Positions 43,073 to 53,300 of a stretch of 64,000 nt of DNA are shown here, in pieces. A model generated the notes under the pieces. It was not told the origin of the DNA. It saw only the letters and a program-made list of their open reading frames with translations, and did not search any database. Each line of letters opens with the position of its first letter. Position 1 is the stretch's first letter. The stretch is taken from assembly GCA_965206645.1 (NCBI GenBank), contig CBDBKE010000003.1, forward strand, positions 32,001 to 96,000, given 5' to 3'. A program made the translations under genes and the position numbers. The stretch is from Terriglobia bacterium (GTDB lineage Bacteria > Acidobacteriota > Terriglobia > JAJPHL01 > JAPKYU01).

Positions 43073-43711
43073 ATGAACGATCACTTCGCGACCGAACAGG
43101 ATGCACGCAACGCGGTCGACGATTACATTCGAGGTTGGGAACTCGACGCAGCTCTAGTACGGGGCCCGAACGCGTTCAAGCTCCGTTTCGACCGAGCAGA
43201 GATCGAGGATCGAAACCCGACGCAGGGCGTTATGTACGCACAAGCGGGATCTGTTCGTTTCAACTTTACCGTAAGCGCGGCACAGGCCACCGTCTCGCCG
43301 CGTACTTATCCGAGGCCGCCGTCGGCACGCCTCAAGCGAACTCCCGATGTCGAGAGCATGTTCTACCGTTACGTCGGGCATCGTGAGGGCAAGGAGCCGC
43401 TCACGGCCATGGCGTATTTCTGTCTGACCGTCCTGGAGGCCTCTACCGGAAAGCGCCAAGGCCAACGCGCGGCGGCGGCGAAGCAATACCACATCAACAG
43501 ATGGGTCCTAAATCAGCTCGCAGAACTGAGCACGACCAAAGGTGGTGCCCACGCCAGAAAAGCAGAAGGCGTCCATCGAGACTTGACCCAGCAGGAAAGA
43601 CAGTTCCTAGAAGCGGCTGTCGAGAAGATCATCCGCAGGGCGGCAGAGGCAGGTGACGATCCGACCGCGTCTCTCGAGGAAATCACGATGCTCAACTTTC
43701 CACTTAAATAG
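43073..43711 (+). CDS. Hypothetical protein, probably 5'-truncated by the IS
   Basis: 212-aa ORF starting 17 nt from the IS end with no RBS. Confidence 0.55.
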   Translation: MNDHFATEQDARNAVDDYIRGWELDAALVRGPNAFKLRFDRAEIEDRNPTQGVMYAQAGSVRFNFTVSAAQATVSPRTYPRPPSARLKRTPDVESMFYRYVGHREGKEPLTAMAYFCLTVLEASTGKRQGQRAAAAKQYHINRWVLNQLAELSTTKGGAHARKAEGVHRDLTQQERQFLEAAVEKIIRRAAEAGDDPTASLEEITMLNFPLK

Positions 43712-43794
43712 GGAACACTGCCAGCTTTAAGATGTGAGCGGGGCTGCTCCAACTGAGTCAACTGACATGAGTTTCCAGAAACCACAGTCCCACA

Positions 43795-43926
43795 GGTACT
43801 GTCAAGTTGAGCAGAATTTGCCCCGTTTTGCGGAAGGATTCTGCTGGATCAGAGACTGAGAATCAATGACTTAGCAGTGGCGGCGGGCGGCGAGAATGCC
43901 GCCAAACTGCTTAACTTGACAGTACC
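43795..43926 (-). mobile_element. IS6-end MITE, copy 2 (132 bp)
   Basis: Reverse complement of 22809-22939 with one extra C. Confidence 0.9.
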
Positions 43927-44240
43927 TTTAACAGAGCTCATTCGTTGATCCACGGCGAAGCCGAGCAGAAGCGGAAGGCAGGGAACCCGTGGGACCGCGT
44001 TGAGGGTCGAATTGAGAGCCTTATCCAAGGCAGAGTGCGCAGCCGTGACCGTGGTGGGCCTGATCGATAACGAGGATTGAGTAAACAGAGAAGCAATGGA
44101 ATGAAAACGAGACGGCTTGGTCTCGGTGTTGCGCTTCTGGTGGGCGGGATGATCCCCTCTCAGAGTGCCACCGGAACCGGAATTACCGCTATCCAACCAC
44201 AGCCGAACGAACTCGAAGCACGGGGTGTCTGTGCGGGAGA

Positions 44241-44669
44241 ATGGCCATGACGATCACTGGGAAAGCAACAACCAACTATTGCAAGAACTGTCATTTTCTG
44301 GCGAAAACCAGCATTGATTGTGGTGGCGGCACACATCGATCTTCATGGGATAAAGAAGAGCGCGATAACTATCATTCGCCCGATCATCATAGTGCAGAAT
44401 GTGCCAAAGGTATTTGGAGCACAAGAATCGATCCGCGCTTGGAAGAATCCCTTAGTAGCATTTTGTTAGAAAATAGAAAGGACAATTGTTTTTATATCGA
44501 AACTCACGACGGAATGTCGTTTGAAGCAGCCAGTGAGCTTCATCGGCTCAGGAACGACAATCGCCAGCTAAAGCGCAGCTATCGATACACGCAAATTGGA
44601 TTGTGGATCGCGGCTGGTAGCTTGCTTGCGAATCTCCTGATGAAAGTTTTTAAGGAAATCACTGGCTGA
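44241..44669 (+). CDS. Hypothetical Cys-containing protein with a C-terminal TM helix
   Basis: CKNCHF at the N-terminus; hydrophobic C-terminus; lower GC. Confidence 0.6.
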   Translation: MAMTITGKATTNYCKNCHFLAKTSIDCGGGTHRSSWDKEERDNYHSPDHHSAECAKGIWSTRIDPRLEESLSSILLENRKDNCFYIETHDGMSFEAASELHRLRNDNRQLKRSYRYTQIGLWIAAGSLLANLLMKVFKEITG

Positions 44670-44676
44670 TCTGCAT

Positions 44677-45738
44677 GGCGTTGTTGCAGAAATCTGACTC
44701 CATCCCCAACGCTCTCCCTCCTGATAGGCTAGGGGATGGGCAAAAGCGACTACACCTTCCGATATAAGGTTCGCAACTGGCCGGAGCACAACCGGGCTCT
44801 GGTGAAACGTGGGCAGCTGACACTGTGGTTCGACACGGAGGCAGTCGCTGCCTGGCGTCATCCAGGACCCTTCGAAGGGCGAGGCCGGCCCAAGGTCTAC
44901 GCAGATGCGGCGATCCAATGTGCGCTGGTCCTGAATTCGGTGTTTCACCTCAACCTACGGACCACTCAAGGGTTCCTTCAATCCATCGTGGCGCTCATGG
45001 CTCTCGACCTCCCAGTGCCCAACTACAGCACGGTGAGCCGAAGGCAAAGCGCCGTCGACGTCCGACTGAGTGTAGGGCCCACGGATCGACCACGACATGT
45101 CGTCATCGATTCGACGGGCCTGAAGATCTACGGAGCCGGTGAGTGGCACATCAGAAAACACCGAACCCTCCGCCGTAGGACATGGCGAAAGCTCCACCTA
45201 GGCATCGATGAGACGACGAAAGAGATCGTTGCGATGGACCTGACTGCGAGCAACGTCCACGACGCCCGAAGGCTCTCTTCGTTGCTGTCTAAGACTCCTG
45301 GTTCGATCGGGCAAGTCTCCGCAGACCGGGCCTACGACACGGGTTCCTGCTACGAGGCCGTACTCCAGCACGACGCTATCGTGACGATCTTGCCGCGACG
45401 CAATGCACGATGCAGCCGAGACTCTCATCCGCCTCCGTGGCGTGCGATGCGTGATACCCATCTCCGGCGTATTAGGACGCAGGGCCGTTATGAGTGGCGG
45501 AAGTCGAGTGGCTGCACTCGCCAGAGCGTGGCGGAGAATGCGGTCTCACGGTACAAGGCGATACTCGGGGTAAGCCTCTCGGCCCGCACGGTCAAGAACC
45601 AAAAAGTCGAAGCCGCGATCAAGTGCGCTGTGCTGAACCGGATGGCGGAGCTTGGAATGCCACGATCGGAGCGCGTGTACTGAGGCGGATGAGCTTCTCG
45701 GCCCGGTTCGCCGCGAGCGCGAATTACGCAACAACGCC
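44677..45738 (+). mobile_element. IS5-family (IS903 group) element (transposase 44736-45683)
   Basis: IR GGCGTTGTTGC / GCAACAACGCC; YKVRNWPEHN.AL..RG, IDSTGLK..GAGEW, ADRAYD. Confidence 0.9.
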
Positions 45739-45903
45739 GCCTTCAAGATCACCTGAAGTGGACTCGATGAACTTGGCAACTTCTTCGTCGATCGATTCAA
45801 TTTCCTCGTCGATTAATTCTTCTCGGCGTTTCAGTGTCATCGTGGCAATCAACCTTTAGCCAGTATCATCTGAGAGATTTTAGATGTAGCTTAGCGTCCA
45901 CCA

Positions 45904-46121
45904 TCAAGTAATGCGGTGATGTAGAGTATGTCCTGCGATTGTCCCGCCAGCGTTCGCCAACGTCTGTTCCCATTGCTGCTGATAGCCTATTCCTTCTTGC
46001 GAAAGCAGGCCGAGCTTCTCCTCCTTTTCCGTTAAGGCACGGAACTTGTCGACACCCGGATAGGATGGGAGCACGAAAGTTTCTTTACGATGCAGAATCG
46101 GTGGATTCAAAGAGTCCGAAT
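45904..46121 (-). pseudogene. C-terminal fragment resembling the DNA phosphorothioation-associated putative methyltransferase
   Basis: NPPILHRKETFV...F..LT..EE..GLL....IG....W motif recalled from that family; cut by the MITE. Confidence 0.65.
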
Positions 46122-46252
46122 GGTACTGTCAAGTTAAGCAGTTTGGCGGCATTCTCGCCGCCCGCCGCCACCGCTAAGTCATTGATTCTCAGTCTCTGAT
46201 CCAGCAGAATCCTTCCGCAAAACGGGCAGATTCTGCTCAACTTGACAGTACC
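46122..46252 (+). mobile_element. IS6-end MITE, copy 3
   Basis: Near-identical to copy 1. Confidence 0.9.
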
Positions 46253-46309
46253 TTACGGGATCGAGCTGACCCGCGACGAGGTGGACCGCATCGAGTCGAT
46301 CGCGGGTTG

Positions 46310-46676
46310 ACAGCCTGTCGTGAAGTTGCCTGAAGCTGTAGGGCGCTCGATGAGCGCCCCTGGGCCGTCGCAGACCCCCAAGGATGGTCTGACTTCCACC
46401 GCAGGCTGCTGACCGCTCGTGGCCGGCCGGACCGTCGGCGGCCCGGCTCCCCGGCTCCCCGGGCTCGATCGAGCCCAGCGGGCCGTGGCAGAATGAATGG
46501 ATCAGGAACTTCAGCGCTCGGAAGCCCCGTGGGCGCCCAGAGGGTTACGGCGGCATCGCGCCATCTGCGGTGTTGCCGCTCCTCACGGATGGAAGAGCAT
46601 CGCCCTCGTCGCGGCGCCTAACATCCGGCGCGATGGCGCTCGTAACGCGACCCCGCAGACTTCCACCACGGGCTGT
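46310..46676. mobile_element. Hairpin-rich non-coding MITE-like element
   Basis: Imperfect ends ACAGCCTGTCGTGAAGT / ACTTCCACCACGGGCTGT; several internal palindromes. Confidence 0.45.
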
Positions 46677-46775
46677 TAGGCTCTCGCCAGTCCTCATGTC
46701 CCTTCCTCCGTCATGCGTTGCTCTCGAACTGAGGTCCCTTCCCTCCACCGGCATTACCCGGCTTCCTTGGTATTG
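46677..46775 (-). ncRNA. Group II intron remnant (region just upstream of the RT ORF)
   Basis: Minus strand GAAGCCGGGTAATGCCGGTGGAGGGAAGGGACCTCAGTTC resembles bacterial group II intron DIII; no RT ORF is present. Confidence 0.6.
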
Positions 46776-47081
46776 CGGAGACAGGCCTACTGCGGGGATG
46801 GCTGCCGGAAGAGAGCGCAACTGCAACAACATCGCAACGCCAACCGGAAACACCAGGACAGCCCGGAAGGACGGCTCGATCACCGGGACCGGCAGCGGGC
46901 CTACCGGAAACGGCTCCGCCGCCGCGTGACGGATGCAACTTCCCCCGGTATGAACGCCGGAGCAATAATAGACCAGGGAGCGCCGCGTAAGCGGCGGTTT
47001 CTGGCGGTGCAAAATTAGACCAGCGCAGTTCGATTCCATCAAACATTGTGATTCTGATGTGTTTTGTGAAACACCGGAGGT

Positions 47082-48581
47082 GTGCACACAGTGGAACTCT
47101 ATGCGCGTGTTCGACGAGCAGTTCAGGCTGAGGGGATCAGTGAACGGGAGGCGGCGCGGCAGTTCGGGCTAGCCCGCGAGACGGTCCGCAAGATGCTGCG
47201 GTACTCGATCCCTCCGGGCTATCGGCGGCAGCAGCCGGCGCGGCGGCCGAAGCTGGATGCCTGGGTGGGGATCATCGACCAGATCCTGGAGCAAGATAAG
47301 GCCCAGAGCAAGAAGCAACGCCACACGGCCAAGCGGGTTTTTGAGCGGCTGCGGGAGGAGCACGGATTCCCGGGCGGCTACACCATCGTGAAGGACTACG
47401 TGCGGCTGCGGAAGCTGAGCCAGCGGGAGATGTTCGTGCCGCTGGAGCATCCACCGGGGGAGGCCCAGGCCGACTTTGGCGAAGCGCAAGTGGTGATCGG
47501 CGGGGTGGAGCGCAAGGCGCACTATTTCGTGATGGAGCTGCCGCAATCGGACGACTGCTTCGTGATGGCGTTTCCGGCTGAGACGACCGAAGCGTTCTTA
47601 GAAGGGCACAACCAGGCGTTCGGCTACTTCGGCGGAGTGCCTCGCACGATCCTGTACGACAACACCAAGCTGGCGGTGAGGCAGATCCTGGGTGACGGAA
47701 CACGGAACAAGACGCGGGCGTTCTCCGAACTGCAGAGTCACTACCTGTTTGCGGAGAAGTTCGGACGACCGGGCAAGGGCAATGACAAAGGGAAAGTGGA
47801 AGGACTAGTGGGTTACGTGCGGCGGAACTTCCTGGTGCCGGTGCCGCGGTGTGCCAGCTGGGAGGAGTTGCACGCGAAGCTGCGGGAACAGTGCACCCGG
47901 CGGCGAGAGCGGCGTCTGCGAGGACATCAAGAGACGATCGGCGAGCGGTTCGCGAAGGATCAACAGAGGCTGCTGCCCCTGCCGGCGACGCCCTATGAGG
48001 CCTGCGACAAACGGACCACACGGGTGACGTCACTGTCGCTGGTGCGGTATCGATCCAACGACTATTCGGTGCCGGTGGCTTGGGGGCACCGGGAGGTGCT
48101 GGTGAAGGGATTCGTCGAGGAAGTGGTGATCTGTGCAGCGAGCGAAGTGATCGCACGCCATGTCCGGAGCTAGGAACGGGAAGAGATGATCTTCGATCCG
48201 TTGCACTATCTGGCGCTGCTGGAGCAGAAGCCGAACGCGTTGAACCAGGCCGCCCCCCTGGCCGGCTGGGAGTTGCCGGAAGGCTTCGCGCAACTGCGGC
48301 GGCTGATGGAGGCGCGGTTAGGCAAGAAGGGCAAGCGGGAGTATGTGCAGGTCCTGCGACGGCTGGAGACGTTCCGTTGGACGGAAGTGTCGCTGGCCGT
48401 CGAGGACGCCTTGCGGCTGGGGGCGATCTGGTCTGACGCGGTCAAGCATCTGCTGCTGGGCCGGATCGAGCAGCGGCCGGCGCGGCTGGACCTGGAGCAC
48501 TATCCGCACCTGCCGGCGACGCAGGTGGCCACCACAGCCGCCGCCGACTATCTGACCCTGCTCCGGGAAGGAGTCTGCTGA
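47082..48581 (+). pseudogene. istA: IS21 transposase IstA with an in-frame TAG at 48171-48173
   Basis: AQADFG, ILYDN, KGKVE; the frame continues after the stop. Confidence 0.85.
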
Positions 48582-49345
48582 TGGACACGCCCCAGGTGTT
48601 GCTGGAACACCATCTGAAGGCCCTGCAATTACCCACCTTTTTGCGTGAGTACGACAAGGTGGCGCAGCAGTGCGCTGCCGAGGGCGTGGACTTCCCGCGC
48701 TACCTGCTGCGGTTGACGGAGCTGGAGCTGCTGGACCGGGAACGGCGCGCCACCGAGCGGCGCATTCACCAAGCCAGGTTCGACGTGGTGAAGAGCCTCG
48801 ACAGTTTCGATTTCCTGGCCCTTCCGTCGCTGAATAAGGCCTTGGTGCTCGAGCTGGCCCGAGGCGAGTTCATCGAACGCAAGGAGAACATCCTGGCTTT
48901 AGGGAACTCGGGCACGGGAAAAACCCACATTGCGTTGGCGCTGGGACTGGCCGCCTGTCAGAAAGGGTTCCGGGTCCGGTTCACTACGGCGGCCTCCCTG
49001 GCGCATGAGCTGATCGAGGCCAAGGACGAGCGGCGCCTGATGCGGTTCCAGAAGATGCTCTCCAGTTTCGAGCTGTTGATCATTGACGAGCTGGGTTTCG
49101 TGCCGCTATCCAAGACTGGGGCGGAGTTGCTGTTTGAGGTCTTCAGCCGGCGCTACGAACGCAGCGCCACCGTGGTGACCAGCAACCTGCCGTTCAACGA
49201 ATGGACGGAGGCCTTCGGATCGGAGCGGCTGACCGGAGCCCTGCTGGATCGTCTCACCCACCATGTCCACATCCTGGAGATGAACGGGGAAAGTTGCCGG
49301 CTCAAGGACAGCAAACGAAGGCGTTCCGGAAAGCCTCGCGCCTGA
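48581..49345 (+). CDS. istB: IS21 helper ATPase IstB
   Basis: GNSGTGKTH, LLIIDELG, ALLDRLTH. Confidence 0.95.
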   Translation: MDTPQVLLEHHLKALQLPTFLREYDKVAQQCAAEGVDFPRYLLRLTELELLDRERRATERRIHQARFDVVKSLDSFDFLALPSLNKALVLELARGEFIERKENILALGNSGTGKTHIALALGLAACQKGFRVRFTTAASLAHELIEAKDERRLMRFQKMLSSFELLIIDELGFVPLSKTGAELLFEVFSRRYERSATVVTSNLPFNEWTEAFGSERLTGALLDRLTHHVHILEMNGESCRLKDSKRRRSGKPRA

Positions 49346-49670
49346 TCTCACCCAATACTGGGCGACGAGTTGCGAGGGCGGCTTCCACTCCAGCCTAACC
49401 GCGCCGCCCTGCGGGCGTCGCAGGCCTCCGCTCCAACCGCCCCCGCAACTCCCTCTCAAATCAAAGCTTCCACCACCCCTGAACTGGTCTACTTTCTCTC
49501 CGCCGGAGTGGTCTAGTTTTACTCCGCCCTTGACAAAGCGCCGCCGTCGATGCGATCAACGGCCGCTATGGCCGCACCGTCATCGGCTACGGCCAGTGTG
49601 GCGATCCGGGTGGCTATACCGGAGCCAAGATCGCCTATGGCCGTATTCCCGATTGGGAGGACTTTCAGTA

Positions 49671-49925
49671 ATGCCGCTCCAGTTAGGAGATTATGCCGAC
49701 GTGGGAGACTGGTATTTCATCGCCGTATGCGGGGCCTGCGGCCGTGAAGCAATCTTGGAGCCGGTCGATATCCTGGCCCATGCGGGGACAGGAAAAGTGC
49801 ATCGCGGTATGAACCTGAGTGACCTTGAGGCTCTCTTGCGTTGTCGGGACTGCCAGTGCAGAATGGCGCGTCTCGAAGCGGTCGCCAGAATTCCTAAGCA
49901 GGCCTTCGTCGCAGGGATGCTCTGA
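49671..49925 (+). CDS. Small zinc-ribbon protein
   Basis: RBS GGGAGG; CGAC...CRDC; 84 aa. Confidence 0.7.
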   Translation: MPLQLGDYADVGDWYFIAVCGACGREAILEPVDILAHAGTGKVHRGMNLSDLEALLRCRDCQCRMARLEAVARIPKQAFVAGML

Positions 49926-49946
49926 GGCAATGGCTTCCTGAAGAAT

Positions 49947-50062
49947 AGATTCTCTCTCACTTTCGCTGGCACAAAAATCCCCGGCCGGGTCAGGTGACCT
50001 GACCGGCCCTTTTTGTACCAAGTGGAAAGAGAGAGAATCCACTTGAGGAGGAAGTCAGGTCA
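49947..50062. mobile_element. Abutted IS3 ends: inverted IRL fragment (49947-49992) plus 68-bp mini-element (49995-50062)
   Basis: ...GGCCGGGTCA-GG-TGACCTGACCGG...GAAGTCAGGTCA. Confidence 0.75.
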
Positions 50063-50240
50063 GCTGCCCGGGGCCTGTGAGGTTTTTATTTGCAACTGCT
50101 GTGATCAGCCCGAAGATCAATGCGATTGCGGCCGTTCTTGCGCCCTCTGCCACTCGTTTTATGGAAATCGGCTCTGTGAGGACGGCTTATACTATTGTAA
50201 CGATTGCCGCGACGCCAGTGATTATCGTACCCAGGATTAG
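50063..50240 (+). pseudogene. Cys-rich protein fragment
   Basis: CNCC..CDC..CALC..C..YYCNDC; 5' end replaced by IS3 sequence. Confidence 0.45.
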
Positions 50241-50398
50241 GTGTGACGGTTCGGGGATTGAACCGGTGTTCCTTGCTTCTACGGGTGACGCCGAGATGAG
50301 AAGTATCCGCGGATGCCGAAGGAAACAGATTTTTCGGCTCGTTATGTGTAGCCTAGCGGAACGAAAACGACGTTCCGATGTTTTTCTTCCTAACGTCC

Positions 50399-53300
50399 TC
50401 AGAAAGGAATCGAGATTCCTAGCATCATGCCTAGATCGATCATGCGGTTGGGGGTTTCCCGCCTGATCCATTCCAATTGGAACTTCGCGGGCTGCGCTGG
50501 CAGCCCGCGAGAAAGCAGGCTGAATTCGGTGCCCACGCGCAGATCGCGCCCATAGTCGGCAAGTTGCAGGCGGCTGTAGGGCGTCAGCAAACCCCGTCCG
50601 CCGAAGATGTCCATCCCGTAGGCCACCTCGCTGCTCGTGCTGGTCTGGGAGGCGTTGGACATGTAGCCCGAGCCCATGGGACGGGTGACCAGGGCCGAGT
50701 TGTTCCACAACGTCGTCCTGCCACCCCCATCGTTTCCGCGCGAAGACATCATCGACAGTTGCAGACCCCGACGTTTCTCCCCCGAGTCCCAGCTTACCTG
50801 CATTCCCAGTCCTAAGTCGCGGTAGTCACTTTCACGCACCAGCAGCATCCGGCCGTGCGACGCGATGCCCAGACCGCCGGCCGCATCCAGATAGCCTAGA
50901 CGGAAGCCGGCTTCGGCTCCAGAACCCCGATCCGCGTCGCCCGCGTCGTGGCGGTACCCAAGTTCTGCCTTAATGCTTAGCGATCTCTCCGCTTCCAGAG
51001 GCTTGTCGTGGACCATTTCCAGCATCATCCGGGTCCGGCTGGCTTGGCCACTTACATTTTCGATGTCCTTCCAAGCTTTGGTTCCGAGGCGTGCAGTGAA
51101 AGAATCTAAAACAACGCCCACCTCCGTGTTGCCCCGCTTGGCCAGCACCGAGCGCATCCCGCCCGAGAACATACGAAAGTCGGAAGCTAAGTCGTGAGCC
51201 CGGCGCGGCTCATTGACATCAACTTCACCTCTTCCCAAGCCTCCAATGACCCACGTACTGAAGCGCTCGTTGGGCTGCCAGTACAGATACGGATGAGCAG
51301 TGTTCATACCATTCCTAAACATCCCATGGACCCCATCGGCGTTGTAATTGATACGAGCAAAGCTTCGCATGAAGGAGAGGCCGACGAGCATCTGTTCGCT
51401 GTTGTAGAAGTCCAGTCCAACGTGAGCGGCCCCCATGACACCGCGATAGTCCATCCCGCCCCGGGTGATATTCCCGTTGAAGTTTTGCAGGTCGCCCTGA
51501 ACCCACAGAGCTACACTCCCACTCCCGTCGTTGCCCCTGGTGCTTTCTCCCATTTGGAGGTTGAAGGAAGCCTGGGAAAAGATCGGTTGTCGAGCCCTTA
51601 TCCCGGAGAACTGGCGAGCCACAAGCGTTGTGTCGGCCGTGGATGTCCTTTGGAGCGTAACGTGCCCGTAGGCCGCTTGGGTGGGCGCGATGCCATAGTC
51701 GGGAGCCAAGGAGTTATGCAAGCTGCCTGGTCGGATCGAGCCCATCGACGGACCAGCGCCCTCGGCCAGCCTGGGGGGTGCGAAGCCGAATCTATCGGCC
51801 TCTGGCATGTGATTTAAAGCACCGGCCCTGCTGAGACCCGAACCGTTGCTGCCGGTCTGGCCGGCAGACAGGCTTCCCCCCGTGTTCGGACCGCGTGCGG
51901 ACAGCCTGTTCCGCATCAACTGGCGCTTGTGCTGGAATCGAGACTGGATCGCCGTCTGCGCGCTATCTCCCACCGAACGGGCAGTTACCGCCAGCAGGAT
52001 CTTCAGCGATGCCGAAAACTGCTCTGCGCTGCGTTGCTGGGTGAACTTCACCGTGGTCTCTGAGGGGTCGCCTTCGCTGACCGCCTCCGGCAGATCCCCG
52101 AATCCAAGGACAATACTCTCGCCCGGATCATCCTCCTGATCCGCCGGCGCGGTCACCTGGAAAGTGACCACGGTCGCGCCGACCTCGAATACGATCGACG
52201 CCGGCACCCCGCCGTAGTCCTGGCTCGTCGCACCTCCTTGCGGCGTCACTACTAGCGGCACTTCCACCCGGCGGTCCGCAGCCGGGGAGATGTTCACATT
52301 GATGCTGGCCGGATCGCCACCTTCGGCAATTGTGTGCTCGGCCCGCGCAAAGCTTACCGCCAGCTCCGGCAGGTCAGCGTCCACGATGGTGAGGGTGGCC
52401 GTGGCCGTCTCACCTTTACTGACCCCCTCCGGCAGCGTCCCGAAGCCCAACTCTATCGTCTCATCGTCGCTGTCGGTGTCCTCGTTGGCCACGATCATGA
52501 AGGTCTTGGAGAGGTCTCCAGGAGCAAAATTCAACGTTCCATCGGTGAGACCGGAAACCGTGTAATCGTCCGCCTCGGTCGCGCCTTGCGGCATCAGCGT
52601 GATCGGAATCGTGAGGTCCTGGTCGGAGGTCCGGTTCAGCATCACCTTCAGCGTCACCGGATCGCCACCTTCGGTCGTGCTGTAGCTCGCCAAGTCGAAC
52701 GCCACCGTCAGGGCCGGCGGAACGTCGTCGTCGGTGATGGTAAGGGTGGCCGTGGCTGTCTCACCTTGGCTGACCCCCTCCGGCAGCGTCCCGAAGCCCA
52801 ACTCTATCGTCTCATCGTCGCTGTCAGTGTCCTCGTTGGCCGCGATCATGAAGGTCTTGGAAAGGTCTCCGGGAGCAAAACTCAACGTCCCATCGGTGAG
52901 ACCGGAAACCGTGTAGTCGTCCGCCTCCGTTGCGCCTTGCGGCATCACCGTGATCGGAATCGTGATGTCCCGGTCGGACGCACGGTTCAGCGACACCTTC
53001 ACCGTCACCGGATCGCCACCTTCCGTCGTGCTGTAGCTCGCCGGGTCGAACGCCACCGTCAGGGCCTGCCTGGGTAGGGTAACCGCATCCCTGACCGCGG
53101 CGGTCGGCTGGCTGGTCACGGCTTCCTCGGTGCCGATGCCGTCGGTGAAGCTCACCGTGACCGTGATCCGCTTGCCGACCTCATTGTTGGTCAGCCTGTA
53201 GCTTAAATCCATTGCCCCGGCAATATTCGTTCCGTCGGCCTTCCACTGATACACGAAGTCGCCCAGGCCGTCGGCATCTTGAATGTCGGTCGTCACTGCC

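Larger units (their letters stand above)
46947..49535 (+). mobile_element. IS21-family element
   Basis: Repeated TAGACCA subterminal motifs at both ends; right end CCCTTGACA; istA-istB pair. Left tip approximate. Confidence 0.9.

Noticed and set aside
48171-48173. Programmed TAG readthrough in istA
   Set aside because: No recoding signal is visible; a nonsense mutation or base error is simpler.
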